Below, in pieces: positions 31,300-41,612 of a stretch of DNA of 64,000 nt. The notes beneath the pieces are model-generated. The model did not search any database. It was not told where the DNA came from and was given only the letters and a program-made list of their open reading frames with translations. The stretch is from NCBI GenBank assembly GCA_050013255.1, contig JBEKFP010000001.1, forward strand, positions 192,001 to 256,000, in the 5' to 3' direction. This DNA comes from Candidatus Bathyarchaeia archaeon (lineage in GTDB: Archaea; Thermoproteota; Bathyarchaeia; 40CM-2-53-6). Each line of letters starts with the position of its first letter. The first letter of the stretch is position 1. The translations under genes and the position numbers were made by a program.

Positions 31300-31942
31300 A
31301 CTCGCGATGTTTCTCGAGCATGACGTTATGCCCGGCATCTGGGATTACAACGAGGCTTGAGTTAACTATTTTTTCATGAAGATACTGCGAATATTTTACC
31401 GGTGTCATCCGATCATCTGCCCCCACCACGATTAGAGTTTTGCAAGTTATCTTCTGCACGTCGTTCATTCGGTCAAACCTGTCACATGCAATGAAATCAC
31501 CGTAAGCGACCTCAGGTTTCACCTTAAGCAAATCTTCCGCAATCCTTTCTGCAATTATGGGGTCCGAGCTTGGTGACACAGACCATTTCCCTACCAGTTT
31601 GCTGACATCCTCGTAGTTTTCCTTAATTCCAGTTAGAATATTGGGATCAACTCTAAGCCGCGCTCCAGTGCCAACCAAAACGAGCCCCGCCAAATCGGAG
31701 TTTTTCAGGGCGATTGTGATTGCGATTGCTCCACCCATCGAATGCCCGACAAGAACGGGGTACTTTAACGCCTTCTCCCTGATATGTGCCTCAACTGAGG
31801 AGGCATAGTCCTCGATCGTGTTGCACCCTGGGCCCAATGGATGTCCAGGCAGTTCCACCGCCAGGCCCCCTTTGAAATGCAGTAGCTGGAGCCGCCAAAC
31901 CATAGGGCTTGCTCCGGCACCGTGAATGAAGAGAGGCGTCAA
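31262..31942 (-). CDS. alpha/beta hydrolase
   Basis: FIHGAG, GHSMGG, acid Asp, AGH. Confidence 0.9.
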   Translation of the reverse strand: MTPLFIHGAGASPMVWRLQLLHFKGGLAVELPGHPLGPGCNTIEDYASSVEAHIREKALKYPVLVGHSMGGAIAITIALKNSDLAGLVLVGTGARLRVDPNILTGIKENYEDVSKLVGKWSVSPSSDPIIAERIAEDLLKVKPEVAYGDFIACDRFDRMNDVQKITCKTLIVVGADDRMTPVKYSQYLHEKIVNSSLVVIPDAGHNVMLEKHREFNAAVEAFLDSL

Positions 31943-32009
31943 CCCGACCTGCTCCGGTACTCATGGTTGAGGCTGGAAACAATATAGAATAAGCGCAGAT
32001 AACTGGAAT

Positions 32010-32990
32010 ATGAAACTGAGGCCAAGAGCTTTGCGCACTACCAATCTTCACCTCGCGCTCATTACTCTCTTGCTCATGGCCGCGGCATCTCCACTTCCAG
32101 TTTTCGCAGCGAGAAAAATGCTCATGCAGGCAACCCTCAACCCCACCCAAATCGACCAAGGGGTCACCGTCGCAATCACCGGCCGGGTATTTGACACCGT
32201 CAACTCCTCAATCCCAAACGCTGTAATTTCAATTCAAGTCAATAACCCTCAAGGAACAAGTGTTCACCTCGCCATCGCCTACACCGACCTTGGTGGCTCC
32301 TTCCAAGATACGTTTTTTATCGGAACTAATTCCCCTGGCGGGAATTACACAGCCTTCTTGGTGGCGGATAAGCCAGGTTACGATGCAGCCCGTGTTACAC
32401 TAATCTTCACATACTCTTCGCCCGACTTCGCACTCCAAACCTCCGTTTCCGCATTGTCGCTCCGTCAGGGCGGAACGGGGACGGTGAGCGTCACAGTCCT
32501 CGGTCTTCGTGGCTTTCACGCCCCAGTGAACCTAACTGCGCTTGAACTCCCGGCAGGCGTTAGCCTTCAATTCAGTCCCACTTCAATTGCTCCCGGCGGA
32601 ACCGTAACTGTCAACGTGGCACTGTCCATTTTCGCTGCCACCGGCAACTACACCATAACAATTCTTGGCGTATCTGGGGCCGTGAGCCACAAAGTTTCAT
32701 TCCAGCTCAAGATTGCTCCCGGACTTATTCAAGCAGTTTACCTGTTCATTGCATTCATTGCGATTCTTCTACTCGCTTTATTCCTTCTCCTGAGGCGCCG
32801 TGGTAAGCAGAAGCGCAGGGAAGCTGCGGTAGAAGAGTTGATCAAACAATCATCCGCCGACAAGGGCTATGTCGCAACTGCTAGAGCGATCGCTCGACTT
32901 GAAGAACTGCGCGCGATGGAAAAAGTGGACGAATCGACGTATCAACGACTGAGGAAGGAGTATGAGAAGCGGCTCGAGAAATCTAAGTGA
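32010..32990 (+). CDS. secreted, membrane-anchored Ig-like protein with SHOCT-like cytoplasmic tail
   Basis: Signal peptide, two beta-rich domains, TM plus RRR, LEELRAMEKVDESTYQRLRKEY. Confidence 0.7.
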   Translation: MKLRPRALRTTNLHLALITLLLMAAASPLPVFAARKMLMQATLNPTQIDQGVTVAITGRVFDTVNSSIPNAVISIQVNNPQGTSVHLAIAYTDLGGSFQDTFFIGTNSPGGNYTAFLVADKPGYDAARVTLIFTYSSPDFALQTSVSALSLRQGGTGTVSVTVLGLRGFHAPVNLTALELPAGVSLQFSPTSIAPGGTVTVNVALSIFAATGNYTITILGVSGAVSHKVSFQLKIAPGLIQAVYLFIAFIAILLLALFLLLRRRGKQKRREAAVEELIKQSSADKGYVATARAIARLEELRAMEKVDESTYQRLRKEYEKRLEKSK

Positions 32991-33765
32991 CTGTCATTTT
33001 CTTGAGCGTTTCACCAATCTCGCTTAGGGATTTTGTGAAGGTGTGTTCGGGCTTCTCTATCGTGTATATGATTTTGCCGCCGTACGCCATTAATTCGCAC
33101 ATGCAAGGTATCATTCCGACCAATGGGAGTCCCATATCCGACTCGATCTGTTTTCCGAACTTCTCTCTGCCGCCACCTGCAGCTATTTGCTCTATCGGAA
33201 TCTTGTTCAAGACAATACCGGACTTTCTTCCGAGGGCTTCATAGACACCTTTCGAAAGTTCTTTCGTTCCCTCCAAGTCAAATTCGTCAGCCTTCATTAC
33301 TAGCGAAATCAAGTCGGCTCCAGCTAGAGCGTTTATGGATGAGTATTGTGCGCCTGGGCTCGTGTCGAATAGCAGGTAGTCGACCTTCTTCTGTTCGAAG
33401 ATTTCTTTCTTACTTGCGAGCGTTTTGGTTAGAGCTTTCACTTCCCATTTTCTATCCTTGCTCATTATATCCGTCAAAGCTTCGAGCGAGGGATTTGCGA
33501 AACCAACCCAAAGTTTGCCTCGTAAGTTTAGCCGGTCCGACTCGTCAACAAGGGTATCTATGATTCCGCACTTGTCCTCAAGGTAATCGTTTAACCAGAA
33601 TTTTGGCTTCGCTTTGAATAGAACATTCAAGCTGGGAGCGCGAAAGTCATAGTCTAACAGGCACACGTTTGCCCCTTGCTTCGCAAATAGTGCACCGAGG
33701 TTTACCACGAGGGAAGTCTTTCCCGTTCCACCCTTGTAGGAATGAAAAGCTAAACTCTTGCCCAT
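32983..33765 (-). CDS. MinD/ParA family ATPase
   Basis: KGGTGKT deviant Walker A, LDYD, FDTSPG, VLNK. Confidence 0.88.
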   Translation of the reverse strand: MGKSLAFHSYKGGTGKTSLVVNLGALFAKQGANVCLLDYDFRAPSLNVLFKAKPKFWLNDYLEDKCGIIDTLVDESDRLNLRGKLWVGFANPSLEALTDIMSKDRKWEVKALTKTLASKKEIFEQKKVDYLLFDTSPGAQYSSINALAGADLISLVMKADEFDLEGTKELSKGVYEALGRKSGIVLNKIPIEQIAAGGGREKFGKQIESDMGLPLVGMIPCMCELMAYGGKIIYTIEKPEHTFTKSLSEIGETLKKMTVT

Positions 33766-33777
33766 TCGCGCCGCTTC

Positions 33778-34167
33778 CTAAGCCTCCACGTAGAAGTACA
33801 CATCTCTACCCTTACGTTTCTTCTTCACTAGCCCCATGGACACAAGCTGGTTTAGGTAATCGCTTTCCACGGCTCTAACCCTGCCCGTCTCCTTTGAAAG
33901 GTCAGTTGCCGTAGCCTCCCTCAGCGTAGCCAGACCCAAGGCCGACTTACGTAGGTGATCTGGAAGAGAGAGCAGAGTAGTTACGTCAAGGGGCATGTCT
34001 TCGGGGAGGGAGACATTTGGGCGTGCTCCTTGTCCACCACTGGACCGCTGAAGTTCTATTAACCTGTCCAGTTTCTTCGAAATCGCTTCCATATTTCTAT
34101 TCATCTTCTTTAGCAAATCAACTAGGACGGAGTCTGCACCCCTAGAGTTCACCGGAAACCCACACAC
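33778..34167 (-). CDS. winged-helix DNA-binding protein with N-terminal coiled coil
   Basis: ATATDLSKETGRVRAVESDYLNQLVSMGLVKKKRKGRDVYF. Confidence 0.8.
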   Translation of the reverse strand: MCGFPVNSRGADSVLVDLLKKMNRNMEAISKKLDRLIELQRSSGGQGARPNVSLPEDMPLDVTTLLSLPDHLRKSALGLATLREATATDLSKETGRVRAVESDYLNQLVSMGLVKKKRKGRDVYFYVEA

Positions 34168-34302
34168 ACGAACCGTGAGTTGTCAGGATATATGAAGTAT
34201 GTTAGCGCCACACGTAGACAGCATATCTAAGTGTAGTTGTGTGGCACGTGAAAACACTTAAATACGGAGCCTTGCGGTATACGAAGTCCAAGAGGAAATT
34301 AG

Positions 34303-35847
34303 ATGTCCCTCCGATTTCGGGCCAGCAGCATTGCAATTTTCCTGTGCACTATGGCGGCTTTTGCAGCGGCCCAAGCAAGTGGAATCGGACCCGTGGTAGT
34401 TTCAGCTGATAATACCCTATCAATGGATCTTCTCCGAGCACCTACAAGTACGGAACCACTAGCGGCGAATGGAAGGGTACGGCTGAACCTGGATAATGGC
34501 CAGGTGGCCGTAGAACTTCATCAGGCGACACCTGAATCAAATTACACTGTCCTCTTCGTCTCCGCTTCAGCTTCAGCAAGTGTTCAGGTTGCAACAATTG
34601 TAACTGATCAAGGTGGAGAGGGCATTGCTCAAGGAATGTTGAGTTCCGGAGCATATGTCGGGATTTTCCAAGTGTTACGAGCCGACCTCATACAATTCAC
34701 AACGGCAACCGCCTCATTCAATCTTGGGGTGACCGTTTCCGCGTCTACGACCGTTTCATCTGAATCTACAACCCTAAGCACGTCAACCGAATCTGAAAGC
34801 AATGTCTCAACCAGCAACTCTGCGAAATTCGTGCTTGGAGTGGAACCAGTTTCTAACTCCATTTCAGCAGGCGACTTTGCGAAATTCAACATCCGAATCG
34901 CACGGGGACCTAACGCTGATGCTTCAGCCGTGATTTTTCTGGTGGCTAGGGGAGTCCCACCCCGTAGCGTCGCGATCTTCACACCTAACGGAGGCGTGGC
35001 AGACCCTGAATTTGACTCCACCTTAACTATTGTAACTTCGCCTAACACACCCGCTGACAATTACGAGGTCACAGTCGTAGCTCGGGTCGATGGGCAGGAA
35101 TTCTCTACGCAAGTCGCCCTAGAGATAACGGCGACCACAAGTGCAACCGCCACTATGACCGTGTCTACTGCTGCGAACTTATTCATGACCGTTACCACAG
35201 ACCAAACTCAGTACCAGCCAAACGCAACGGTGACCGTGCAAGGTCAAGTTACCGATGCCACGGGAAGTGCGATAGCGAACGCGGCTGTATCAACCCAAGT
35301 TGATTCACCAACCGGGGCGGAGGTCTTCTTCGAGAACAACATTCAGACGGACTCGGCGGGAACATTCCAAGCACAAGTCACGCTCACGGCCAACGCAGCG
35401 CTCGGCACATACACTGTCTTCGCCACTGCGAGCCAAATAGGTTACTTGAGCATCGCCGGCCGTGCGACATTCGTAGTCGGCGCCTCAACCACCCCGAGCG
35501 TCAGCATTAGCGCCGTCTACGCCGGAGACAGCTCAGGCAACCCAGTGCCAACAGTCCCTGCTGGCCAAACGGTATGGATTTGGGTCGTCGTCCACAACAA
35601 TGGCGCCACCTTCCAAGGAGTGGTCTGGGTTCAAGTTCATGATCCAAATGGTGTGCCGGTTCAAATTGGAATTCACATTGAAACACTTAATTCAGGTGAA
35701 ACTATCAAAGATGGCCTAGGGTTCACTCTTCCGGGCAACGCAGCCCACGGTGTTTACCGTGTCGACGCCCTAGTTTCTGACAAAATGATCTCCCAAGGCG
35801 GCACGTTCCTGGCAGACGCGCAAACCCAATTTGCTTTGACGGATTGA
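34303..35847 (+). CDS. secreted multi-Ig/MG2-like domain protein
   Basis: Signal peptide, Thr/Ser linkers, TDQTQYQPNATVTVQG MG2-like start. Confidence 0.7.
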   Translation: MSLRFRASSIAIFLCTMAAFAAAQASGIGPVVVSADNTLSMDLLRAPTSTEPLAANGRVRLNLDNGQVAVELHQATPESNYTVLFVSASASASVQVATIVTDQGGEGIAQGMLSSGAYVGIFQVLRADLIQFTTATASFNLGVTVSASTTVSSESTTLSTSTESESNVSTSNSAKFVLGVEPVSNSISAGDFAKFNIRIARGPNADASAVIFLVARGVPPRSVAIFTPNGGVADPEFDSTLTIVTSPNTPADNYEVTVVARVDGQEFSTQVALEITATTSATATMTVSTAANLFMTVTTDQTQYQPNATVTVQGQVTDATGSAIANAAVSTQVDSPTGAEVFFENNIQTDSAGTFQAQVTLTANAALGTYTVFATASQIGYLSIAGRATFVVGASTTPSVSISAVYAGDSSGNPVPTVPAGQTVWIWVVVHNNGATFQGVVWVQVHDPNGVPVQIGIHIETLNSGETIKDGLGFTLPGNAAHGVYRVDALVSDKMISQGGTFLADAQTQFALTD

Positions 35848-35851
35848 GAAA

Positions 35852-36889
35852 ATGTCGGACCCGAAACATTACGATCTAGATGACATCATTTCAAACCTGA
35901 ATAGCATACGCGAGGAACTGGGCGAGACGGTGACAGCGTCATCTCCAAATGGGGTGGACGCTTCAAAGGAAAACTTGAGGCCTGAGGAAGAACAATCCTC
36001 ACCTGCCCTCGAAGAATACTTAGCCAGTCGCTTACAACAAATTGGGGAAGTTACCGCAGAAAAGAAAGAAATCAAGGGTTTGAAAACAGGGAATGGTTGG
36101 GATGCCAACCAAGTCGTAGAACTCGTCTTCAAAATCGATCCCATATCGATTAGACGTGCAGTGGAGATCGCTGTCTCCTCGGATCGAAAAGTGAAAGAAC
36201 GCCTTTCAAACTTTTTCAAACGCCCCAAAGATGAAGTGAGAATAGTTGGAACGCCGACCGTTGAATATGTCCCAATTTGGAAAGTGAAAGGCTTCCACGA
36301 GTGCTACTACGTTAGGACCAATTCCTACAGGGTGAACGTCAAGGAGGACGTTGTCGCCGTCGAGGTCGAAGGCCAAAGCAGGGATTTGATACTCGAACGG
36401 AAGCACAGCCGGCTGATCCCCGCAGCCATCCTAGAACGACTCCAGAAATTAGGCTCATTCCTTTCAAACGAATCAAAGTACTTCGTGGTGGCCGACGCTC
36501 TCGAACTAGCTACAAAGAGGTCAGAGTCTGAACTGGTCGTAACCAATACAGGTCGTTCTCTATCCCAGGATGAAGAAACTGAGCTAACCTCCTGGCGAAC
36601 CAAACGTATCTTCGACATAGAAGACCTGAAGGTTCGAGGCATGAAAGTAAGTGTTCGTGACTCGATTTCAAAAGAAGCGCTCCTGACTAGATTCAGAGAA
36701 AACGTGGTTCGTATGCCCGAACGCTTCAAACAAGTCCTCAGTAACAAGCTGCAAATAACAGAGTTGAAGCGAATCTATGTCCCAATAATAAGGGTTCCAA
36801 TGCAAAAAGGACTCGTCCCCAGAGAAGTAATAGTAAATGGGACGAGTGGAGAAATCGCAGACGCGAAACTTCTTGGTCTATTAGACTAA
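35852..36889 (+). CDS. hypothetical protein
   Basis: 345-aa ORF 4 nt downstream of the previous gene; paired YVP motifs. Confidence 0.7.
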   Translation: MSDPKHYDLDDIISNLNSIREELGETVTASSPNGVDASKENLRPEEEQSSPALEEYLASRLQQIGEVTAEKKEIKGLKTGNGWDANQVVELVFKIDPISIRRAVEIAVSSDRKVKERLSNFFKRPKDEVRIVGTPTVEYVPIWKVKGFHECYYVRTNSYRVNVKEDVVAVEVEGQSRDLILERKHSRLIPAAILERLQKLGSFLSNESKYFVVADALELATKRSESELVVTNTGRSLSQDEETELTSWRTKRIFDIEDLKVRGMKVSVRDSISKEALLTRFRENVVRMPERFKQVLSNKLQITELKRIYVPIIRVPMQKGLVPREVIVNGTSGEIADAKLLGLLD

Positions 36890-36966
36890 ATCCCGACGGG
36901 CTGGAAGAACATAAACTAAATCTTTAGCCGACACTTCTGAAAGCTTCAAGGGAACAGGTGAACTAG

Positions 36967-38019
36967 TTGTCATCCTTGCAAAAGCTGCTTCCATTGCTTC
37001 TCCTCGTCTCCCTTCTACTGGCCGTCCCTCTGGTCTTTTCGCAAGGATCCTTGACGGTTACCGTTTCCACAGATAGGCCTCAATACCTACAAGGTGGAAC
37101 TGTCAATATTTCGGGAAAGGTTCTGGATTCACAAAACAACCCGGTCGCTGGTGCAACCGTTTCCATACAAGTGGGCGACCCGCCGATGCACATAGATCTG
37201 GTCTACTCGGATAATTCAGGGGCCTACCTAGATTCGTTTATTCTACCAACAAGCGCAGCTCCAGGCCCATACACGGTCTATGCTTCAGTTGGCAAAGCCG
37301 GCTACTCATCGTCACAAGGACAAACTCAATTCACAATCCTGCCACAAACCACCGTAACTCCAACCTCTTCATCATCTTCGTCGACATCTTCATCGTCGTC
37401 TTCTTCTCAACCGAGCGGCCCACCGAGCCAATGCTTCATCGCAACTGCAACCTATGGGTCCGAAATTGCGCCTGAAGTTGCCCTACTACGCTACTTCAGG
37501 GACGCCCAGGTGCTCCGGACATCGGCGGGTAGAAGTTTCATGCAAGCCTTCAACGCCTTCTACTATAGCTTCAGCCCCCAAGTCGCATCCTTCATCTCCG
37601 CTAATGGAATAGTAAGGTCATCCATGAAGGTCATTCTCTACCCGTTGATCGGAATCCTCTTTTTTTCAAGCAAAATCTTTCAAGTCTTATCGTTCAACGC
37701 GGAACTCTCAATCACGATCTCCGGAATCATTGCGGCTCTTGGAATTGGGGTTGTCTATATCGGGCCAATAGCCGTCATTTGCAGCCGGCTTGGCAGACCT
37801 AAAGTTAGTTCACTATGGTCAACTGTGAGACAGCTGAACCTAGTCAGCTGCATAATCTCAACCTTCGCAATCATTGTGGGAGAAGAAATCTCCTCGCCGT
37901 TGCTGCTTACCTCAGCCACAGTCGCGACTGTGCTGAGCTTCCTGTTGCTCGGTGCTTTATCGGGTCAAGTTTTCGCATCGCTGGTAAGTGTGAGCGAGAA
38001 GAAAGTCGGAGAGAGCTAA
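36967..38019 (+). CDS. CFI-box-CTERM domain surface protein
   Basis: Signal peptide, Ig-like domain, poly-Ser linker, CFIATATYGSEIAPEVALLRYFRD. Confidence 0.85.
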   Translation: MSSLQKLLPLLLLVSLLLAVPLVFSQGSLTVTVSTDRPQYLQGGTVNISGKVLDSQNNPVAGATVSIQVGDPPMHIDLVYSDNSGAYLDSFILPTSAAPGPYTVYASVGKAGYSSSQGQTQFTILPQTTVTPTSSSSSSTSSSSSSSQPSGPPSQCFIATATYGSEIAPEVALLRYFRDAQVLRTSAGRSFMQAFNAFYYSFSPQVASFISANGIVRSSMKVILYPLIGILFFSSKIFQVLSFNAELSITISGIIAALGIGVVYIGPIAVICSRLGRPKVSSLWSTVRQLNLVSCIISTFAIIVGEEISSPLLLTSATVATVLSFLLLGALSGQVFASLVSVSEKKVGES

Positions 38020-38049
38020 TTTAGCCTCTAAGACTGGCAAAGGGTAGGC

Positions 38050-38487
38050 TTAGCGCCTAGGTTTCTCTTTCTTCCCCTTCATCAGAGCGTCTAGAGAAAC
38101 TGAGTTAATTCCATAGACCTTGTAGCGTATGCCAGGAATATCGCCCATCGCTTTACCTTCAGCGCCGCCGATCCCTTCAATCAACACCTCGTCATGTTCA
38201 TCGATGAAATTTAGAGCTCCATCACCCGGAACGAAAGCAGTGATGACCTTCCCATTCTTGATCAATTGAACTCGAACTGCCTTGCGAACCGCGCTGTTGG
38301 GTTGGCGTGATTCAACACCCACTTTCTCAAGAACGATGCCGCGGCCCTGCGGCGCTCCCTGCAATGGGTCGGCTTTAGAGTCCAGCCCTAACATACGACG
38401 CTTGTACGGTCTATAGTGCCACCTGAAACGGCTTCGGTCCCTCGTTGTCTTTCGGGCGGCAAACAAGCCCATGGCGCCATTGGTCAC
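38050..38487 (-). CDS. rps12: 30S ribosomal protein uS12
   Basis: [37 protein letters not shown]. Confidence 0.95.
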   Translation of the reverse strand: MTNGAMGLFAARKTTRDRSRFRWHYRPYKRRMLGLDSKADPLQGAPQGRGIVLEKVGVESRQPNSAVRKAVRVQLIKNGKVITAFVPGDGALNFIDEHDEVLIEGIGGAEGKAMGDIPGIRYKVYGINSVSLDALMKGKKEKPRR

Positions 38488-38836
38488 AAGGTGTCACTTC
38501 TCAGGTTAGCGATAGTCAACCTTTGGCTTGCTCTATTTGTGCTTATCGTCGCCCGAGAAAACCGATTAGCCAGATGAAACATAGCAGTTGGAACATAGTC
38601 GAGTCTATTACACCCTGACCTACAATTCTGGGTCAATATATCCACACAGTTCCTTCGAGGATCTTGGTTCTCTGACGATACTGAAATACGTCCGTTGGAA
38701 ATCTCTAGGGATACTGCCATTCCACAGTTAAGGTGAACGCTTTGAGCGATGAAGTCGTTACTCCAATCTATCCGCCACCCACAAGACGCAAGCGTCCGAA
38801 GCGACCCAAAGCCAAGAGTCGAAGGCGGGCAGCTTC

Positions 38837-39580
38837 TTGAAGCTCACATTCTTGGGCTCTGGTGGTTCCTCGGTTAGTGCAAAACGAGCATGTCCTTCGA
38901 TCGTGGTGGACGACGAATTATTGTTCGACTTGGGTCCCGGTTCGTTGAGAAACCTAAGAATTTCTGGTCTCAACCCAGAAAGCTTGTCCACGGTTTTCAT
39001 CTCCCATTGTCACGCCGACCATATCTCAGACTTGGTTCCGTTCTTGTGGGCAATTCAAATAGATGGCCGGAAGAACCCCTTGCAGGTTTATGGCCCCCAG
39101 GGTTTCAGATGGATATTTCAGAAGTTACTGGAATGTACATGCACCCCGAATGATTTTTTCAAGTTTCCCCTAACGATCTCCGAATTGGATTTCGGGCAAA
39201 GGGCGGAGAAAGTTCAGACTTGTGGCACGGTTCATGCCGTTCCTACCCTAGCCTTCAGAATCGAATCATTAGGGAAGTCGATTTGCTATAGCGCCGACAC
39301 AACTTATTGCCCATCGGTCGTTGAACTCGCCAGAAACGTGGACCTCCTAGTCCACGAAGCGACATTCCTAGAAGACCAGTTGAACATCGCACAATTAACG
39401 AAACATTCTACTGCACGTATGGCGGGGCGTGCGGGGAAGGAAGCCCATGCGAAGCGTTTGGCCCTGTTCCATATCCCCCCTCCAAACGAACACAGGGAAA
39501 ACGAATTCCACAGCGAAGCCAAGGACGCTTACGGTAGCGAAATTCAAATCGGAACAGACCTGGCCACGATCGAATTCTAG
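38837..39580 (+). CDS. RNase Z-like metallo-beta-lactamase
   Basis: LTFLGSGG, SHCHADH, YSADT, HEATF, KHST. Confidence 0.85.
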   Translation: MKLTFLGSGGSSVSAKRACPSIVVDDELLFDLGPGSLRNLRISGLNPESLSTVFISHCHADHISDLVPFLWAIQIDGRKNPLQVYGPQGFRWIFQKLLECTCTPNDFFKFPLTISELDFGQRAEKVQTCGTVHAVPTLAFRIESLGKSICYSADTTYCPSVVELARNVDLLVHEATFLEDQLNIAQLTKHSTARMAGRAGKEAHAKRLALFHIPPPNEHRENEFHSEAKDAYGSEIQIGTDLATIEF

Positions 39581-39632
39581 TTCACCCCACCCGAACTAGA
39601 GCTTAAATTCTCAACGCTGCTATCTCCTTTGA

Positions 39633-41123
39633 TTGCAGGTTCCTTTGTTGAAAACTGAGGAAGGATTGAGGCATTCATTTCGCGCGAAATTCGAAGGGAT
39701 ACAGGTTGCCCTTACCTTCCGGGATGTCATGATTCTTCCAGGGCGCGCAGAAGTTGAACCGAGTGAGGTTGATGTAAGGACACGCGTAACGAAAAATCAT
39801 GCCTTGAATGTTCCCTTCGTCTCGTCACCGATGGACACAGTGACGGAGAGTGACATGGCAATCGCTGTTGCGAGACAGGGTGGCTTAGGCGTCGTTCACC
39901 GGAACTGCGCGGTGGAAGAACAAGTTGAGATGGTGAAGCGCGTTAAGAGAGCTGAAGCACTCATAATCCGAGATGTCATAACTGTGACGCCGGAAGATAG
40001 TGTTGGCGAAGCCTTAGCGTTGATGGAAAAACACAACATTTCGGGGCTACCAGTAGTTGATGGAACAAGGCTTGTCGGCATTGTGACAGGGCGGGACGTT
40101 AGGTTCGCCCAACCGAGCCTCTCCGTGAGACAGGTAATGACGAAAGAAGTTGTGAAGGCTGAAGAAGGAATCAGCATCGACGAAGCCCAAAGGTTGCTTC
40201 GAGATCACAAAATCGAGAAGCTCCCGATTGTGAAAAAAACCGGAGAACTGACAGGGCTCATAACATTCAAGGACATACTACTCAGGGGGAAATACCCAGA
40301 CGCCGGTCGGGACGAGAATGGGCAACTACTTTGTGCCGCGGCGGTGTCACCGTACGACCTAGATAGGGCGAAGAAGCTCGACGAGTACGCCGACATTCTA
40401 GTCACTGACGTTTCACATTTTCACAATGAAAACGTCTTCACCGCAACCAAGAAACTGATGTCCGAAGTCTCCGCGGATGTAGTTGTCGGCAACATCGGGA
40501 CGTACGAAGCAGCTGAAGACGTGATTACCGAGCTTGAACAGGTCGGTGGCTTCAGAGTGGGGATTGGTTCTGGCTCAATCTGCACAACGACCGAAGTAAC
40601 CAAGGCAGGGTCCCCGACTTTGTTCGCAACTGCACAAGTTTCAGATGCCGTCACGAAATATGGCGTAAGAATACCCATCATCGCTGATGGTGGAATTCGT
40701 ACGCCTGGAGATGTTGCCCTTGCACTGACTGCAGGCGCGTCGGCAGTTATGGTTGGGAACCTCTTCGCGCGCTGCCAGGAATCCCCTGGGACATTGATTA
40801 CGATAGGTGGACGATACTACAAGCAATACAGAGGGATGGGAAGCCCAACTGCGCGCGCGAAACGTTACTCGCTTGACCGCTACAGCATGCCATCCAAAGG
40901 CGTTCCCGAAGGCGTTGAAGGTTGGGTTCCATACAAAGGTGAAGTGAGCATAGCCCTGGACGAACTCGTTTCAGGATTGAAGGCCTCAATGGGGTACGCC
41001 GGTGCAAAAAACATACAGGAACTATGGTCGAAAGCAAAACTTGCAGCTCTCAGCCCCTCAGGTGCTGAGGAGGCGCGGCCGCACGATATTCTTCTACCGA
41101 GCGAGACGCAAGAAAGAGTCTGA
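39633..41123 (+). CDS. guaB: IMP dehydrogenase
   Basis: SSPMDTVT, CBS pair, GIGSGSICTT, IADGGI, YRGMGS. Confidence 0.95.
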   Translation: MQVPLLKTEEGLRHSFRAKFEGIQVALTFRDVMILPGRAEVEPSEVDVRTRVTKNHALNVPFVSSPMDTVTESDMAIAVARQGGLGVVHRNCAVEEQVEMVKRVKRAEALIIRDVITVTPEDSVGEALALMEKHNISGLPVVDGTRLVGIVTGRDVRFAQPSLSVRQVMTKEVVKAEEGISIDEAQRLLRDHKIEKLPIVKKTGELTGLITFKDILLRGKYPDAGRDENGQLLCAAAVSPYDLDRAKKLDEYADILVTDVSHFHNENVFTATKKLMSEVSADVVVGNIGTYEAAEDVITELEQVGGFRVGIGSGSICTTTEVTKAGSPTLFATAQVSDAVTKYGVRIPIIADGGIRTPGDVALALTAGASAVMVGNLFARCQESPGTLITIGGRYYKQYRGMGSPTARAKRYSLDRYSMPSKGVPEGVEGWVPYKGEVSIALDELVSGLKASMGYAGAKNIQELWSKAKLAALSPSGAEEARPHDILLPSETQERV

Positions 41124-41148
41124 GTACGAAAAGGGCCATAGCACGTTT

Positions 41149-41166
41149 ATATAACCTCCGTCATAC
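41149..41166. promoter_or_regulatory. palindromic operator candidate TATnAC-N4-GTCATA, overlapping the TATA box of the HTH gene
   Basis: ATATAAC-CTCC-GTCATAC; same motif at 46118 and 46997. Confidence 0.55.
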
Positions 41167-41174
41167 TCGGAGTA

Positions 41175-41570
41175 GTGAATTTCAAAATGCCTATGATACT
41201 CCCCGAAGAGTTAGCTTCGAAATCCGTCATCCCAGCCATTAGAGCGCTCATCGTCAAGAGGCTGGTTGAAGATCACGGGATGACACAACAACAAGCGGCT
41301 AAACTTCTAGGAGTTACGCAACCCGCAGTGAGTAAATACCTCCATGAGAAACGAGGTGCCGCGATAAGGCTCACTGGCATAAGGCAAATCGACCAAGCAA
41401 CCACGGAAATCGCCGAATTGGTCTCCACCCAGAAAGCACAACCGATCGAAGTCATGAGCAGAATCGAGGCTGCGTGCGAATACGTTCGCAGAAATAGATA
41501 CATGTGTGACCTTCACAAGAAGTTGGAACCAGGCATGGACATAGATTCCTGCCACGTATGTGAACAATAG
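41175..41570 (+). CDS. XRE-type HTH regulator with C-terminal Cys/His cluster (COG2522-like)
   Basis: MTQQQAAKLLGVTQPAVSKYL; C...CDLH...CHVC. Confidence 0.8.
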   Translation: MNFKMPMILPEELASKSVIPAIRALIVKRLVEDHGMTQQQAAKLLGVTQPAVSKYLHEKRGAAIRLTGIRQIDQATTEIAELVSTQKAQPIEVMSRIEAACEYVRRNRYMCDLHKKLEPGMDIDSCHVCEQ

Positions 41571-41612
41571 TCTCAACCCAAACAAGTCTAAGATTCGGAA
41601 GTGTATCATTGA

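Noticed and set aside
37366-37407. TCN microsatellite-like tract
   Set aside because: It encodes the poly-Ser linker of the CFI-box protein with mixed codons.
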